A DNA stretch of 64,000 nucleotides from Acidobacteriota bacterium (GCA_019244185.1 JAFATB010000013.1:66438-130437); one strand, 5' to 3'; positions 21,218-31,525 are shown, counted from the first letter of the stretch. A program made the numbers and translations. The notes: generated by a model from the letters alone, not told the origin.

Positions 21218-22054
21218 CTACGACTGAAACGCGCGGCGGAAGCGCGCCGGCGTCATGCCGGCGTGGCGGCGCAGCGCTTTCGTCAACTGGCTCTGATCGC
21301 TGAAGCCGCACTGCAGCGCGACGTCGGCGATTGGCGTTCGCGTCCGCGCGAGCAGCTCCGTCGCCTGCGCCACGCGCCGCTTGCGCAGGTATTCGCCGGG
21401 CGCGCAGCGCTGAAAGCGGCGGAAGACTTTCGCGAAGTGCAGCGGATGCACGCCGGCGGACGCGGCGAGCGCTTTCACCGTCAGCGGCTCGCGCGCAGCC
21501 TCGATCTCGTCCAACGCTCGACGCAGCCACCGCGGTGGTTGCCGCGCGGAGATCTCATCGTCGCGCGCCGCCCATACGAGCAAATCCAGCGTGAGATCCA
21601 CGAGAACTGCCGGCGAGAACGCGTCGCCGCGGCAGAACTCCTCGTACGCGCGGAACGCGAGCAAGCGCGACGCATGCGCATCGACGACCGCGGCATCCTC
21701 GCGTAAACGCGCACCGTCCGCGAGACGCGCGAGCGTCTCCGGCGCGATCGACATCGTGAAGAAGCTGCCGCCGCGCGCGGTGAAGCGATCGCGGTGCGTC
21801 GTCCAGCGCGGCACGAACAGCAGCGTCGCCGGACCGCACACGCCGTCCGCGCCGCGCGCGCTGGTCTCGTACGCGCCGCGCAGCAGCAGAAAAAAGTGCG
21901 CGTCGCGGTGCGTATGCAGCGGGATCTCGACGTCGGCGCGATCGATGACCTCGGAGAACGTCAGGCCGTCGCAACCGCACTGCCGCTTCAGGTCGCCGAG
22001 GAACGAGGCGGAGGGGAGCACGGGAGCGGCGGCGGAGTTCATACGCGGCGGCAA
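21218..22054 (-). CDS. AraC family transcriptional regulator with N-terminal cupin-type sensor domain
   Basis: C-terminal double HTH (LTVKALAASAGVHPLHFAKVFRR...IADVALQCGFSDQSQLTKALRRHAGMTPARFRR). Divergent from the gdh gene with a 40-nt intergenic region. The start may instead be the Met at 22042. Confidence 0.8.
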   Translation of the reverse strand: MPPRMNSAAAPVLPSASFLGDLKRQCGCDGLTFSEVIDRADVEIPLHTHRDAHFFLLLRGAYETSARGADGVCGPATLLFVPRWTTHRDRFTARGGSFFTMSIAPETLARLADGARLREDAAVVDAHASRLLAFRAYEEFCRGDAFSPAVLVDLTLDLLVWAARDDEISARQPPRWLRRALDEIEAAREPLTVKALAASAGVHPLHFAKVFRRFQRCAPGEYLRKRRVAQATELLARTRTPIADVALQCGFSDQSQLTKALRRHAGMTPARFRRAFQS

Positions 22055-22093
22055 CTATGATATGCAGCCGCCGCAGAATCTGGAGAACCTTCC

Positions 22094-25000
22094 ATGACCA
22101 TTACCGCTGAACAACGCCAGGTCGACATCGTCGATCGGCTCGCGGCCGAGGCGCGGCGCCGGGTGCCTGCCGAGCAGGCGGACAGCGTCGAGCATTTCGT
22201 TCGCCGTTACTTCGCGCACGTCGCGTCCGACGACATCATCTACACCTCTCACGAGACGCTCCTCGGCGGCGCGCTGTCGCTCTGGGACTTCGGCACGGAA
22301 CGCCAGCCGGGCCGCGCGAAGATCCGCCTCTTCAACCCCACCGTCGAGCAGAACGGCTGGTCCACCGAGCACACGGTCGTCGAGATCGTGAACGACGACA
22401 TGCCGTTCCTCGTCGACTCCGTCAGCGCCGAGATCAACCGGCGCGAGCGCAAGATCCATCTGCTGCTCCATCCGGTCGCGCGCGTGCGCCGCGACGCGGG
22501 CGGGCGGCGGATGGAGATCACCGACACGGCCGCCGCGCCGGCCGACGCGCTGGTCGAGTCGTACATGCACGTCGAGATCGACCAGGAGACCGAGCCCGCC
22601 GAGCTCGAGTCGATCCGCGCGTCGCTCGAGACGATCCTCAACGAAGTGCGCCTGGCGGTGCTCGACTGGCGCCCGATGCGCGCGCGGCTCACCGAAGACG
22701 TCGAAGAGCTCGACCGCGCGAAGCTGCCCATGCCCGCCGAGGAAGTGGCCGAGGCGCGCGCCTTCCTGCGCTGGCTCGACACCGGGAACTTCATCTTCCT
22801 CGGGCATCGCCGCTATCTCTTCGAGACGAAAGACGGCAAGGACTACCTCCGTCCGGTGCCGAACACGGGACTGGGAATCCTGCGCGACATGCGCCCGGAA
22901 TCGATCGAGCGCGGCAACGCGCCGCTGTCGGCCGAGTTCAGCGAATACGCGCGGCGCAAAGACCTCATCATCATCACGAAGGCGAACAGCCGCAGCCTGA
23001 TCCATCGCCCGGTGCCGATGGACCGCATCGGCATCAAGCGCTACGACGAAGCGGGGAACCTCATCGGCGAGGACCGCTTCCTCGGACTGTTCACGTCCGC
23101 CGCGTACATCCGCAGCGTGCGCGACATCCCGATGCTGCGGTTGAAGGCGACGCGCGCGCTCGACCGCGCCGGACTCGATCCGCATTCGCACAACGGCAAG
23201 GCGCTCGTCGACATCCTCGAGAACTTTCCGCGCGACGAGTTCTTCCAGATCACCGACGACGATCTCTTCGACATCTCGCGCGGCGTGCTGCTGCTGCAGG
23301 AACGCCAGCGCGTGGCGCTCTTCACACGCAAGGACGTCTTCGAGCGCTTCGTCGCCTGCTACGTCTTCGTGCCGCGCGACCGTTACACGCCCGAATTCAA
23401 AGAGCGCGCGCGGCAGGTGCTCGAAGAAGCGTTCAACGGACGCGACACCGTCATCTACGACCTCATCACCACGTCCCCGCTCGCGCGCGGACTCTTCATC
23501 GTGCGCACGAAGCCGGGACAGATCCCCGACGTCGACATCCGCCGCGTCGAGGCGCTGATCGGCGAAGTCGCGCGCACGTGGAGCGATCGCCTCCTCGACG
23601 CGCTGATCCACACGCACGGCGAAGAAGTCGGCATCGACCTCCACCATCGCTACAAACGAGCGTTCCCGATGGCGTACGCGGAGCGGTTCGCCGCCGAGGC
23701 CGCGCTGTACGACATCCAGCACGTCGAGCACGTGCTGGCGACGGGAGAGCTCGTCGTCGATCTGTACCGGCATCGCACAGACGAGCGGCAGTTCCACTGC
23801 AAGATCATCCATTCGGGTCCGCCGGTGCCGCTGTCGGAGATCATGCCGCGCCTCGAGAACATGGGGCTCAAGGTGCTGGCGGAAGTGCCGTACGAAGTGC
23901 AGCCGCACGGCGCGCCGTACGCGGTGCGCATCCGCGACTTCAGCCTCTCCGGCGAAGGGATGCAGGACGATCTCACGCCGATCAAGGAGAAGTTTCAGGA
24001 CGCGTTCATCCGCGTCTGGAAGAGCCAGGCGGAGAACGACGGATTCAACCGGCTCGTGCTCGGCGCGGGGCTGGAATGGGACGAAGTCGTCGTGCTGCGC
24101 GCGTATGCGAAGTATCTGCGCCAGGTCGGCGTCACGCTCAGCGAGGCGTACATCCAGGAGACGCTGGCGAAACATCCGGAGATCACGCGCAACATCATCA
24201 CGCTCTTCCGCAACTATTTCGATCCGGAGCTCGGTCCGTCCGCCTATCGCGGCGTGCAGAGCTCGACGGTCGGCATGGGACGGCAGGGCGCGGCGCTCGG
24301 CATCCGCTCGCAGATCGAGGACGCACTCGAGCGCGTCACGAATCCCGACGAAGACCGCATTCTGCGGCTGTACGTGAGCCTCATCGACGCCACGCTGCGG
24401 ACGAACTACTTCCAGCGCGACGCGAACGGCGCGCGCAAGTTGTACCTCTCGTTCAAGCTCGACTCGCAGGCCGTGCCCGAGCTGCCGCTTCCGCGGCCGC
24501 TGTTCGAGATCTTCGTGTACGCGCCCTGGATGGAAGGCATCCATCTGCGCGGCGGCAAGGTCGCGCGCGGCGGCATCCGCTGGTCCGATCGCCGCGAGGA
24601 CTTCCGCACGGAGATCCTCGGCCTGATGAAGGCGCAGATGGTCAAGAACGTCGTCATCGTGCCGGTCGGCTCGAAGGGCGGCTTCGTCGTGAAGAACCCG
24701 TCGCCCGATCGCGCGACGTTCCAGCAGGAAGGCATCGAGTCGTACAAGACGCTGCTGCGCGGCATGCTCGACATCACCGACAACCTGCGCGGCGCCGAAG
24801 TCATCCCGCCGCGCGACGTCGTGCGCCGCGATCCCGACGATCCGTACCTCGTCGTCGCCGCCGACAAAGGCACGGCCACGTTCTCCGACATCGCGAATGC
24901 GATCTCCGAGGAGTATGGCCACTGGCTCGGCGATGCGTTCGCGTCCGGCGGCTCCGCCGGCTACGACCACAAAGGCATGGGCATCACCGCGCGCGGCGGG

Positions 25001-26950
25001 TGGGAGGCGGTCAAGCGCCACTTCCGCGAGCTCGGTACGAACATTCAGGAAGAAGATTTCACCGTCGTCGGCGTCGGCGACATGGCCGGCGACGTCTTCG
25101 GCAACGCGATGCTGCTCTCGCCGCACACGAAACTTCTCGCGGCGTTCAACTACTCGCACATCTTCGTCGATCCGAATCCCGAGCCGGCGCCGACGTTCGT
25201 CGAGCGCAAGCGGATGTTCGACAACCGCCTGAACTGGAACGCGTTCAACGCGGATCTCTTGTCGAAGGGCGGCGCGATCTACGAGCGCAGCGCGAAGAGC
25301 ATCACCCTCAGCGAGGAAGTGCAGGCGCTCTTCGAGCTGCCGAAGAAGGTCGTGACGCCGAACGAGCTGATGCGCGCGATCCTGCTCGCGAAGGCGGACC
25401 TGCTGTGGCTCGGCGGCATCGGGACGTACGTCAAAGCGTCGTGGGAAGACCACGCCGCCGCGCGCGACCGCGCCAACGATGCGCTGCGCGTCAACGGCGA
25501 CGAACTGCGCGTGCGCGTCGTCGGCGAGGGCGCGAACCTCGGCTTCACGCAGCGCGCGCGCATCGAATACGCGCTGGCCGGCGGCAAGATCAACACCGAC
25601 GCCATCGACAACTCCGCCGGCGTCGACACGTCGGATCACGAGGTCAACATCAAGATCGCGCTCTACGACGCGGTCGGCAGCGGCGAGCTCGGCGATCTCA
25701 CGGAGCGCAACCGCATCCTCGCCGAGATGACCGACGAGGTCGCGCATCTCGTGCTGCGCGACAACTACGAACAGACGCAGGCCATCTCCGTCGTGCACGC
25801 CCTCGGCGAAGGCCTGCTCGACACGCAGGCGCGCTTCATGCGCGGCCTCGAGAAGCAGGGGAAGCTCGACCGCGCGCTCGAAGGTTTGCCCGACGACGAG
25901 ACCATCGGCGAGCGCCACGCGCGAGGCGTCGGCCTCACGCGTCCCGAGATCGCCGTGCTCCTCGCGTACGCGAAGCTCGTCCTGTATGAGGACCTGCTGA
26001 AGTCGAACCTGCCGGACGATCCGCAGCTCGTCGACGATCTCGTGCTGTACTTCCCCGAGCTGCTGCAGATGCGCTTCCGCGGCCCGATCGAACGGCATCG
26101 CCTGCGCCGCGAGATCATCGCCACCGTCGTCACCAACGCGATGATCAACCGCGTGCGGCCGACGTTCGCGTGGCAGATGTGCGAGGAGACCTCTCGCACG
26201 CCGGCCGACATCGCGCGCGCGTTCATCGTCATGCGCGAGGCGTTCGACCTCCGCACGATCTGGTCGGAGATCGAGGCGCTCGACAACAAACTCCCGGCCA
26301 GCGTGCAGACGGACATGATGATCAGCGTCGCGCGGCTGCTCGAGCGCGCGATCCTCTGGCTGCTGCGCAGCTCCGACGAACAGCTCGACATCGCCGCGTC
26401 GATCGCGGAGTTCCGTCCGCGCATCGCGTCCATCCAGGGCAACCTCGTCGACGTGCTTCCCGCCGGCGTGCTCGCGAACGTGCGCGTGCGCCAGGCGGAG
26501 CTGATGGAAGACCAGATCCCCGAGCCGCTCGCGCGGCGCGTGGCCAGTCTCGACATCATGAGCTCGGCCATGGACATCATCCGCATCTCGCGCACCGACG
26601 CCGCGCACGGCGTCGAGGACGTCGCGCGCATCTACTTCGGCCTCGGCGCGCGCCTCAGCCTCGACCGCCTGCGCAGCGCCAGCGCGAACATCGCCGCGGA
26701 AACTCCGTGGCAGAAGCAGGCGCTCTCGACGCTGGTCGACGATCTGTACAACTTCCAGAGCGCGCTCGCCTCGCGCGTCATCACCGAGACGAACGGCAGC
26801 GGCGATCCGGTCGACGCGTGGCTGGCGAAACGCCCGCGCGCGGTCGAGCGCGTCGATCAGACGATGTTCGAGCTGCGCGCGGCGACGCAGGTCGATCTGG
26901 CCATGCTCGCCGTCGCGTCGCGCCAGTTGCGCGCGCTCGTGGAGTCTTGA
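22094..26950 (+). CDS. gdhB: NAD-specific glutamate dehydrogenase, large (~180 kDa) form
   Basis: 1618-aa protein with the central catalytic domain conserved in the large bacterial NAD-GDH family (GGIRWSDRREDFRTEILGLMKAQMVKNVVIVPVGSKGGFVVK). Confidence 0.9.
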   Translation: MTITAEQRQVDIVDRLAAEARRRVPAEQADSVEHFVRRYFAHVASDDIIYTSHETLLGGALSLWDFGTERQPGRAKIRLFNPTVEQNGWSTEHTVVEIVNDDMPFLVDSVSAEINRRERKIHLLLHPVARVRRDAGGRRMEITDTAAAPADALVESYMHVEIDQETEPAELESIRASLETILNEVRLAVLDWRPMRARLTEDVEELDRAKLPMPAEEVAEARAFLRWLDTGNFIFLGHRRYLFETKDGKDYLRPVPNTGLGILRDMRPESIERGNAPLSAEFSEYARRKDLIIITKANSRSLIHRPVPMDRIGIKRYDEAGNLIGEDRFLGLFTSAAYIRSVRDIPMLRLKATRALDRAGLDPHSHNGKALVDILENFPRDEFFQITDDDLFDISRGVLLLQERQRVALFTRKDVFERFVACYVFVPRDRYTPEFKERARQVLEEAFNGRDTVIYDLITTSPLARGLFIVRTKPGQIPDVDIRRVEALIGEVARTWSDRLLDALIHTHGEEVGIDLHHRYKRAFPMAYAERFAAEAALYDIQHVEHVLATGELVVDLYRHRTDERQFHCKIIHSGPPVPLSEIMPRLENMGLKVLAEVPYEVQPHGAPYAVRIRDFSLSGEGMQDDLTPIKEKFQDAFIRVWKSQAENDGFNRLVLGAGLEWDEVVVLRAYAKYLRQVGVTLSEAYIQETLAKHPEITRNIITLFRNYFDPELGPSAYRGVQSSTVGMGRQGAALGIRSQIEDALERVTNPDEDRILRLYVSLIDATLRTNYFQRDANGARKLYLSFKLDSQAVPELPLPRPLFEIFVYAPWMEGIHLRGGKVARGGIRWSDRREDFRTEILGLMKAQMVKNVVIVPVGSKGGFVVKNPSPDRATFQQEGIESYKTLLRGMLDITDNLRGAEVIPPRDVVRRDPDDPYLVVAADKGTATFSDIANAISEEYGHWLGDAFASGGSAGYDHKGMGITARGGWEAVKRHFRELGTNIQEEDFTVVGVGDMAGDVFGNAMLLSPHTKLLAAFNYSHIFVDPNPEPAPTFVERKRMFDNRLNWNAFNADLLSKGGAIYERSAKSITLSEEVQALFELPKKVVTPNELMRAILLAKADLLWLGGIGTYVKASWEDHAAARDRANDALRVNGDELRVRVVGEGANLGFTQRARIEYALAGGKINTDAIDNSAGVDTSDHEVNIKIALYDAVGSGELGDLTERNRILAEMTDEVAHLVLRDNYEQTQAISVVHALGEGLLDTQARFMRGLEKQGKLDRALEGLPDDETIGERHARGVGLTRPEIAVLLAYAKLVLYEDLLKSNLPDDPQLVDDLVLYFPELLQMRFRGPIERHRLRREIIATVVTNAMINRVRPTFAWQMCEETSRTPADIARAFIVMREAFDLRTIWSEIEALDNKLPASVQTDMMISVARLLERAILWLLRSSDEQLDIAASIAEFRPRIASIQGNLVDVLPAGVLANVRVRQAELMEDQIPEPLARRVASLDIMSSAMDIIRISRTDAAHGVEDVARIYFGLGARLSLDRLRSASANIAAETPWQKQALSTLVDDLYNFQSALASRVITETNGSGDPVDAWLAKRPRAVERVDQTMFELRAATQVDLAMLAVASRQLRALVES

Positions 26951-26965
26951 GCGCGGAGGAACACG

Positions 26966-28084
26966 ATGCCCGTCCCGCAGCACGTCGATCCGAAACCTGG
27001 TGACGTTCTCGTGCTCGTCGGCACGATGAAAGGCGCGTTCATCTTCCGCGCGGATCGCGACCGCGCAAGGTGGGACGTCGGCGGTCCGTACTTTCCCGGC
27101 AGCGCCGTCTACGCGCTCGCGTACGACGGACGCGCCGGACGGCAGCGGCTGTGGGCGGGACCGCACAGCATGCACTGGGGCGCGCTGCTGCGGTCGAGCG
27201 ACGACTTCGGCCGCACGTGGACGAATCCCGAGTCGGCGAACGTGAAGTTCCCGGAAGGCGCGGGCGCGGCGCTGCAGCAGGTCTGGCAGATCGCGCCGGG
27301 CCGCGCGGACGAGCCGGACACGCTCTACTGCGGCATCGAGCCGGCGGCGCTCTTCGTCTCCCGCGACGCGGGCGAGACGTGGTCGCTGTGCGAGGGACTG
27401 TGGAACCATCCGCAGCGCGCGCGGTGGGAGCCGGGCGGCGGCGGGCTCTGCCTGCATACGATCCTGCTCGATCCCGCCGACCTGCAGCGCATCCGGATCG
27501 CCGTCTCCACCGCCGGGATGTACGTCAGCGAAGACGGAGGGACGTCGTGGCGTCCGTCGAATCAGGGCGTCCGCGCGCAGTTCCTTCCCGATCCCTATCC
27601 GGAGTTCGGGCAGTGCGTGCACAAGGTCGCGCAGTCGCGGCAGCGCCCCGAGCGCATGTTCCTGCAGAACCACTGGGGCCTCTATCGCAGCGACGATCGC
27701 GGCGAGTCGTGGATCGACGTGGCGAACGGAGTGCCGTCCGACTTCGGCTTCGCCGTGGCCATCCATCCCGAGAATCCCGACTCCGCGTGGATCGTGCCGC
27801 TCGAATCGGATCTCTTCCGCTGCACGCCGGAAGGGAAGCTGCGCGTCTACCGCACGCGCGACGCCGGCGCGAGCTGGCAGCCGCTCGGCGAAGGACTGCC
27901 GCAGCACGAGTCGTATCAGACGGTGCTCCGCGACGCGCTGGCCGCCGATCCGCTGTCGCCCGCCGGCGTCTACTTCGGCACGCGCAGCGGAAAAGTCTTC
28001 GCCACGGCGGACGAAGGCGAGCACTGGACCGAGATCGCCGACGGCCTGCCGCCGGTCGTCGCCGTGAAGACCGCGGTGGTCTGA
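26966..28084 (+). CDS. BNR/Asp-box repeat beta-propeller protein (sialidase-like fold, no signal peptide)
   Basis: Repeated SxDxGxTW motifs (SRDAGETWS, SEDGGTSWR, SDDRGESWI, TRDAGASWQ, ADEGEHWT). Confidence 0.7.
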   Translation: MPVPQHVDPKPGDVLVLVGTMKGAFIFRADRDRARWDVGGPYFPGSAVYALAYDGRAGRQRLWAGPHSMHWGALLRSSDDFGRTWTNPESANVKFPEGAGAALQQVWQIAPGRADEPDTLYCGIEPAALFVSRDAGETWSLCEGLWNHPQRARWEPGGGGLCLHTILLDPADLQRIRIAVSTAGMYVSEDGGTSWRPSNQGVRAQFLPDPYPEFGQCVHKVAQSRQRPERMFLQNHWGLYRSDDRGESWIDVANGVPSDFGFAVAIHPENPDSAWIVPLESDLFRCTPEGKLRVYRTRDAGASWQPLGEGLPQHESYQTVLRDALAADPLSPAGVYFGTRSGKVFATADEGEHWTEIADGLPPVVAVKTAVV

Positions 28085-28365
28085 TGCCGCTCACGTTCGT
28101 CATCTCGGGACCGCTGCGCGAGCTCGCCGGCAACCGCGACGAAGTGCGCGTCGGCGGCAGCGCGGGCTCCGTCTCGGACGCGCTGGCGCTGCTGTGGAAG
28201 GAGTGCCCGTCGTTCCGCGACCGCGTGATCACCGAGCTCGGCGAGCTCCGCCCGCACCTCAACATCTTCGTCGACGGCGAGAGCATCCGCTATTCCGGCG
28301 GCTTCGCCACGCCCGTGCACGACGGCGCCGAGATCGTGATCCTCCCCGCGCTCAGCGGCGGGTGA
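28084..28365 (+). CDS. MoaD/ThiS-family ubiquitin-like sulfur-carrier-type protein ending in Gly-Gly
   Basis: 93 aa. ATGA overlap with the preceding gene's stop. C-terminus ...GAEIVILPALSGG, diagnostic of the beta-grasp MoaD/ThiS/CysO family. Confidence 0.65.
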   Translation: MPLTFVISGPLRELAGNRDEVRVGGSAGSVSDALALLWKECPSFRDRVITELGELRPHLNIFVDGESIRYSGGFATPVHDGAEIVILPALSGG

Positions 28366-28380
28366 GGGGGCGGGGAAAAG

Positions 28381-28500
28381 ATGAATGAAGAACGCAGAAC
28401 CCAGAACGTAGAATGAAGAAAAGAGGCCGGCGGCGCTGAGCGTGCGCGGATCCCTTTCTACATTCTTCGTTCTGCGTTTGGCGTTCTTCATTCAGCTTCT
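28381..28500. repeat. AT-rich long imperfect inverted repeat / hairpin element downstream of the MoaD-like gene
   Basis: aatgaagaacgcagaac ... gttctgcgtttggcgttcttcatt, with internal direct repeats (gaatgaagaa x2, cagaac x2). GC content is far below the 70% background. Confidence 0.4.
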
Positions 28501-28562
28501 CTCTCAGACGCCCGCGCCTGCTTTGGGAACTCCTCTTGCAGTCGGCGCCCTCGTGGTGTCGG

Positions 28563-29768
28563 ATGACGATTACCTGCGCTGACTGTGGGGAGACGCAGAC
28601 GATCCCGCCCGTACCTCTCGGCGGGCGTGCCGAATGTCACCGCTGCGCGCGCGTGCTGGCGCGTCCGTCGCGGCTCGGCGTCGACATTCCGCTCGCGTGC
28701 GCCGCGGCCATCTTCATCCTCATGCCGCCCGCCGTGTTCATGCCGCTGCTCGACTCCACGATCAAGCACCTCGTCTTTCAGGAGAGCCGGCTCGTGTCGA
28801 GCGTCGGCGCGATCTACACCGAAGTGTGGTTCCCGTTCGCGTTCGGCTTCCTCTTCTTCGCGTTTCTCTTCCCCGCGTTGCGCGCGCTCTTTCAACTGCT
28901 CGTCCTCGGCTCGATTCGCTGGGGCTGGCGGATCTGGCAGCGCGGCCGGCTCTTCCGCTGGAGCGAAGAGCTGCGCGTCTGGAGCATGACCGACGTCGTG
29001 ATCATCGCCGGCCTCTTCGCCTACTTTCGCGCCGGCATCTCGGCGGACGTCACCGTGCGCGTCGGCGCGTGGTGCTATCTCGCCATCGGCGTGCTCGTGC
29101 TCCTCGGCGATCGCACGCTCGACCGGCGCGCGGTATGGAACGCGATCCTGCCCGATCTCACGACCATGGCCGACCGCCACATCGCGTCCTGCGACAGCTG
29201 CGAGATGGCCGTGCTGTCGCGCCGCTCGCACGATCCGTGTCCGCGCTGCGGCTCGCGTCTCGACCGCAACGTCGCGCCGCGTTTCGCGCCCGCGCTCGGC
29301 GCCGTCGCCGCGGTGATCCCGCTCTGCATCCCCGCGTACGCCGCGTCGGTCATGGTCAACGACCAGCTCACCGGCGTCCTCGAGCACACCGTCATCGGCA
29401 CCGTGCAGCTGCTCGCCGACCGCGGCTACCCGCAGTTCGGCGTGGTCGTGCTCGTCGCCGGCGTGGCCATTCCGTTCGTGGAGGCGGTCGGGCTGATGTG
29501 GCTCCTCGCGCGCGTGCGTTTTCCGTCGAAGCGCGGCCTCGTCGTCCGCACGCGCTTCTATCGCGTGCTGCACCGGCTCATGCGCTGGCCGATGATCATC
29601 CCGTTCATCGCTGCGATCGCCGCGCCGATCGTCGACTTCCGCGGCCTCGACGACATCGTGGCCGGCCCGGGCGCGACGCCGCTGTTCCTGCTGATTGCGC
29701 TGCTCATGCTCGCGGTGCGGATGTTCGAGCCGCGGCTGATGTGGAAAACCGCCGGAGAACCGATGTGA
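28563..29768 (+). CDS. pqiA: paraquat-inducible protein A (two PqiA repeats, zinc-ribbon-like CxxC pairs)
   Basis: Duplicated PqiA modules, each with CxxC...CxxC (CADCGE...CHRCAR and CDSCEM...CPRCGS) and multi-TM segments. Confidence 0.85.
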   Translation: MTITCADCGETQTIPPVPLGGRAECHRCARVLARPSRLGVDIPLACAAAIFILMPPAVFMPLLDSTIKHLVFQESRLVSSVGAIYTEVWFPFAFGFLFFAFLFPALRALFQLLVLGSIRWGWRIWQRGRLFRWSEELRVWSMTDVVIIAGLFAYFRAGISADVTVRVGAWCYLAIGVLVLLGDRTLDRRAVWNAILPDLTTMADRHIASCDSCEMAVLSRRSHDPCPRCGSRLDRNVAPRFAPALGAVAAVIPLCIPAYAASVMVNDQLTGVLEHTVIGTVQLLADRGYPQFGVVVLVAGVAIPFVEAVGLMWLLARVRFPSKRGLVVRTRFYRVLHRLMRWPMIIPFIAAIAAPIVDFRGLDDIVAGPGATPLFLLIALLMLAVRMFEPRLMWKTAGEPM

Positions 29769-31525
29769 GCGAATACGACGAACACGATCGCGAACGCAAA
29801 CAGGAGAGCCCGCGCGAGGCGCGCGTGCGCGTGACCAAGTGGTCGCCGTGGATCTGGGTCGTCCCCGCACTGGCGATCTTCTTCGTCGGCTATCTCATCG
29901 TCCGCTACGGTTTCTTCGGCGGCGGCGACATCACCGTACGCTTCGCCGACGCGCGCGGTCTCGAGCGCTACAGCCCGGTGCGATTCCGCGGCGCGAAGGT
30001 CGGCACGGTGCAGAAGATCACCATCGACGACAAGTCGCAGTCGGTCACCGTGCGCGTGTCGATGGACGCGTCGATGAACTACGCGCTGCGCACCGGCACG
30101 CGCTTCTGGATCGTGGAGCCGGGACTCGAAGGCGGCGGCATCGGCACGCTGCTGTCGGGAACGTACATCGGCATCGCGCCCGGCACCGGCGACGAGACGC
30201 GCGAGTTCAAAGGGCAGGAGTACGCGCCGGTCACGACGCCCGCCGAGGCGGGGAAGACGGTGATTCTCGAAGCGCATGGATTGGGATCGCTTTCGCTCGG
30301 CTCGCCCGTGCAGTTCGAAGGCATGCGCGTCGGCCGCATCCTCGGCTCGGAGCTCGATACCGCGCGCGGCGTGACGCTCATTCACGCGTTCGTCGTGCAG
30401 CGTTTCGCCGATCACGTGCGGCAGAGCACGCGCTTCTATCGCGCCGGCGGCTTCGCGTTGTCGCTCGGCGGCGGAGGCGTATCCGCGAACGGCCTCTCGG
30501 TCAGCTCTCTGCTCAACGCGCCGGTGTCGTTCTACACGCCGGATGTTTCGCCCGGCGCCGAAGTCGCGAACGGCACGCATTTCGATCTCTACGAAAACGA
30601 AGGCGCGGCGATCGCCGCCGCCGACGGGCCGCACCTCACGTATCTCACGTACTTTACGGGACCGGTGCAGGGACTCGCGCCCGGCACGCCGGTGCGCATG
30701 AAAGGCATTCAGGTCGGCCACGTGCGCGACGTGCGTCTGCGTTACGTCGCCTCGAGCGCGAGTCTCGAAACGCCGGTCACGCTCGAGATCGATCCGCGTC
30801 TCCTCGAGATCAACGCGCCGACGCGCGAGGAACTGCGTGCGCAGATGAACGACGCGCTCGCGCGGCTCGTGCAGAAGGGGATGCGCGCGACGCTCGCGAC
30901 GAGCCTCGTGTTGCCCGGCGCGAGCGGCGTGTCGCTGGACACCGTCGCGCGTCCCGGCACGGGACGGCTCGTGCTCGCGAACGATCCGCCGATCATTCCG
31001 GCGGCGTCGGCGGGCAACGGCCTCGAAGGCGCGCTGTCGGCGGTGAACGACGTCGCCGCGCGCATCCGCAATCTGCCCATCGAGGAGATCGCGGGACATT
31101 TGCGTAGCACGTCCGAACGCCTCGACTCGCTCGTGCACGATCCGCTGCTCACCGACAGCCTGCAGCGGCTGAATCGTTCGCTGGCGGATGTGGAGAAGGT
31201 GACGGCGACCGCGCGTGAGAACGCGGGACCGATCGTGAAGAGCGTGCGCAACGCCGCGGGCTCCGCGGAAGTCGCGGCGAAACGCGTCGAGACCGCGACC
31301 GAGAGCGTCGCGCCGATCGTCGAGTCGCTGCGCAATGCCGCCGGCTCCGCTGAAGCGGCCGCCTCGCGCGCGCAACAACTCCTCGGCAGCGCGCCGCGTC
31401 AGAACTACGACCTCGGCGCGCTCATCAAGGAGCTCACCCGCGCCGCCGAGTCCGTGCGCGCGCTCGCGTCGTACCTCGAGGAGAATCCCGACGCGCTGCT
31501 GAAGGGAAGGGGGAAGGCGAAATGA
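29765..31525 (+). CDS. pqiB: PqiB / multi-MCE-domain protein
   Basis: GTG start overlapping the pqiA stop. N-terminal TM anchor, then three MCE domains and a C-terminal coiled-coil needle region. The longer ORF 28634.. is an upstream read-through artifact. Confidence 0.85.
   Translation: MSEYDEHDRERKQESPREARVRVTKWSPWIWVVPALAIFFVGYLIVRYGFFGGGDITVRFADARGLERYSPVRFRGAKVGTVQKITIDDKSQSVTVRVSMDASMNYALRTGTRFWIVEPGLEGGGIGTLLSGTYIGIAPGTGDETREFKGQEYAPVTTPAEAGKTVILEAHGLGSLSLGSPVQFEGMRVGRILGSELDTARGVTLIHAFVVQRFADHVRQSTRFYRAGGFALSLGGGGVSANGLSVSSLLNAPVSFYTPDVSPGAEVANGTHFDLYENEGAAIAAADGPHLTYLTYFTGPVQGLAPGTPVRMKGIQVGHVRDVRLRYVASSASLETPVTLEIDPRLLEINAPTREELRAQMNDALARLVQKGMRATLATSLVLPGASGVSLDTVARPGTGRLVLANDPPIIPAASAGNGLEGALSAVNDVAARIRNLPIEEIAGHLRSTSERLDSLVHDPLLTDSLQRLNRSLADVEKVTATARENAGPIVKSVRNAAGSAEVAAKRVETATESVAPIVESLRNAAGSAEAAASRAQQLLGSAPRQNYDLGALIKELTRAAESVRALASYLEENPDALLKGRGKAK

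Noticed and set aside
22055-28024. 1989-aa minus-strand ORF antisense to the NAD-GDH gene
   Set aside because: A giant shadow ORF, which is common opposite long high-GC genes. The plus-strand product has unmistakable GDH catalytic motifs.
28634-29764. N-terminal 377 codons of ORF 28634..31525 overlapping pqiA in another frame
   Set aside because: Arg/Pro-rich. The real PqiB begins at the GTG overlapping the pqiA stop, where the TM anchor and MCE domains start.
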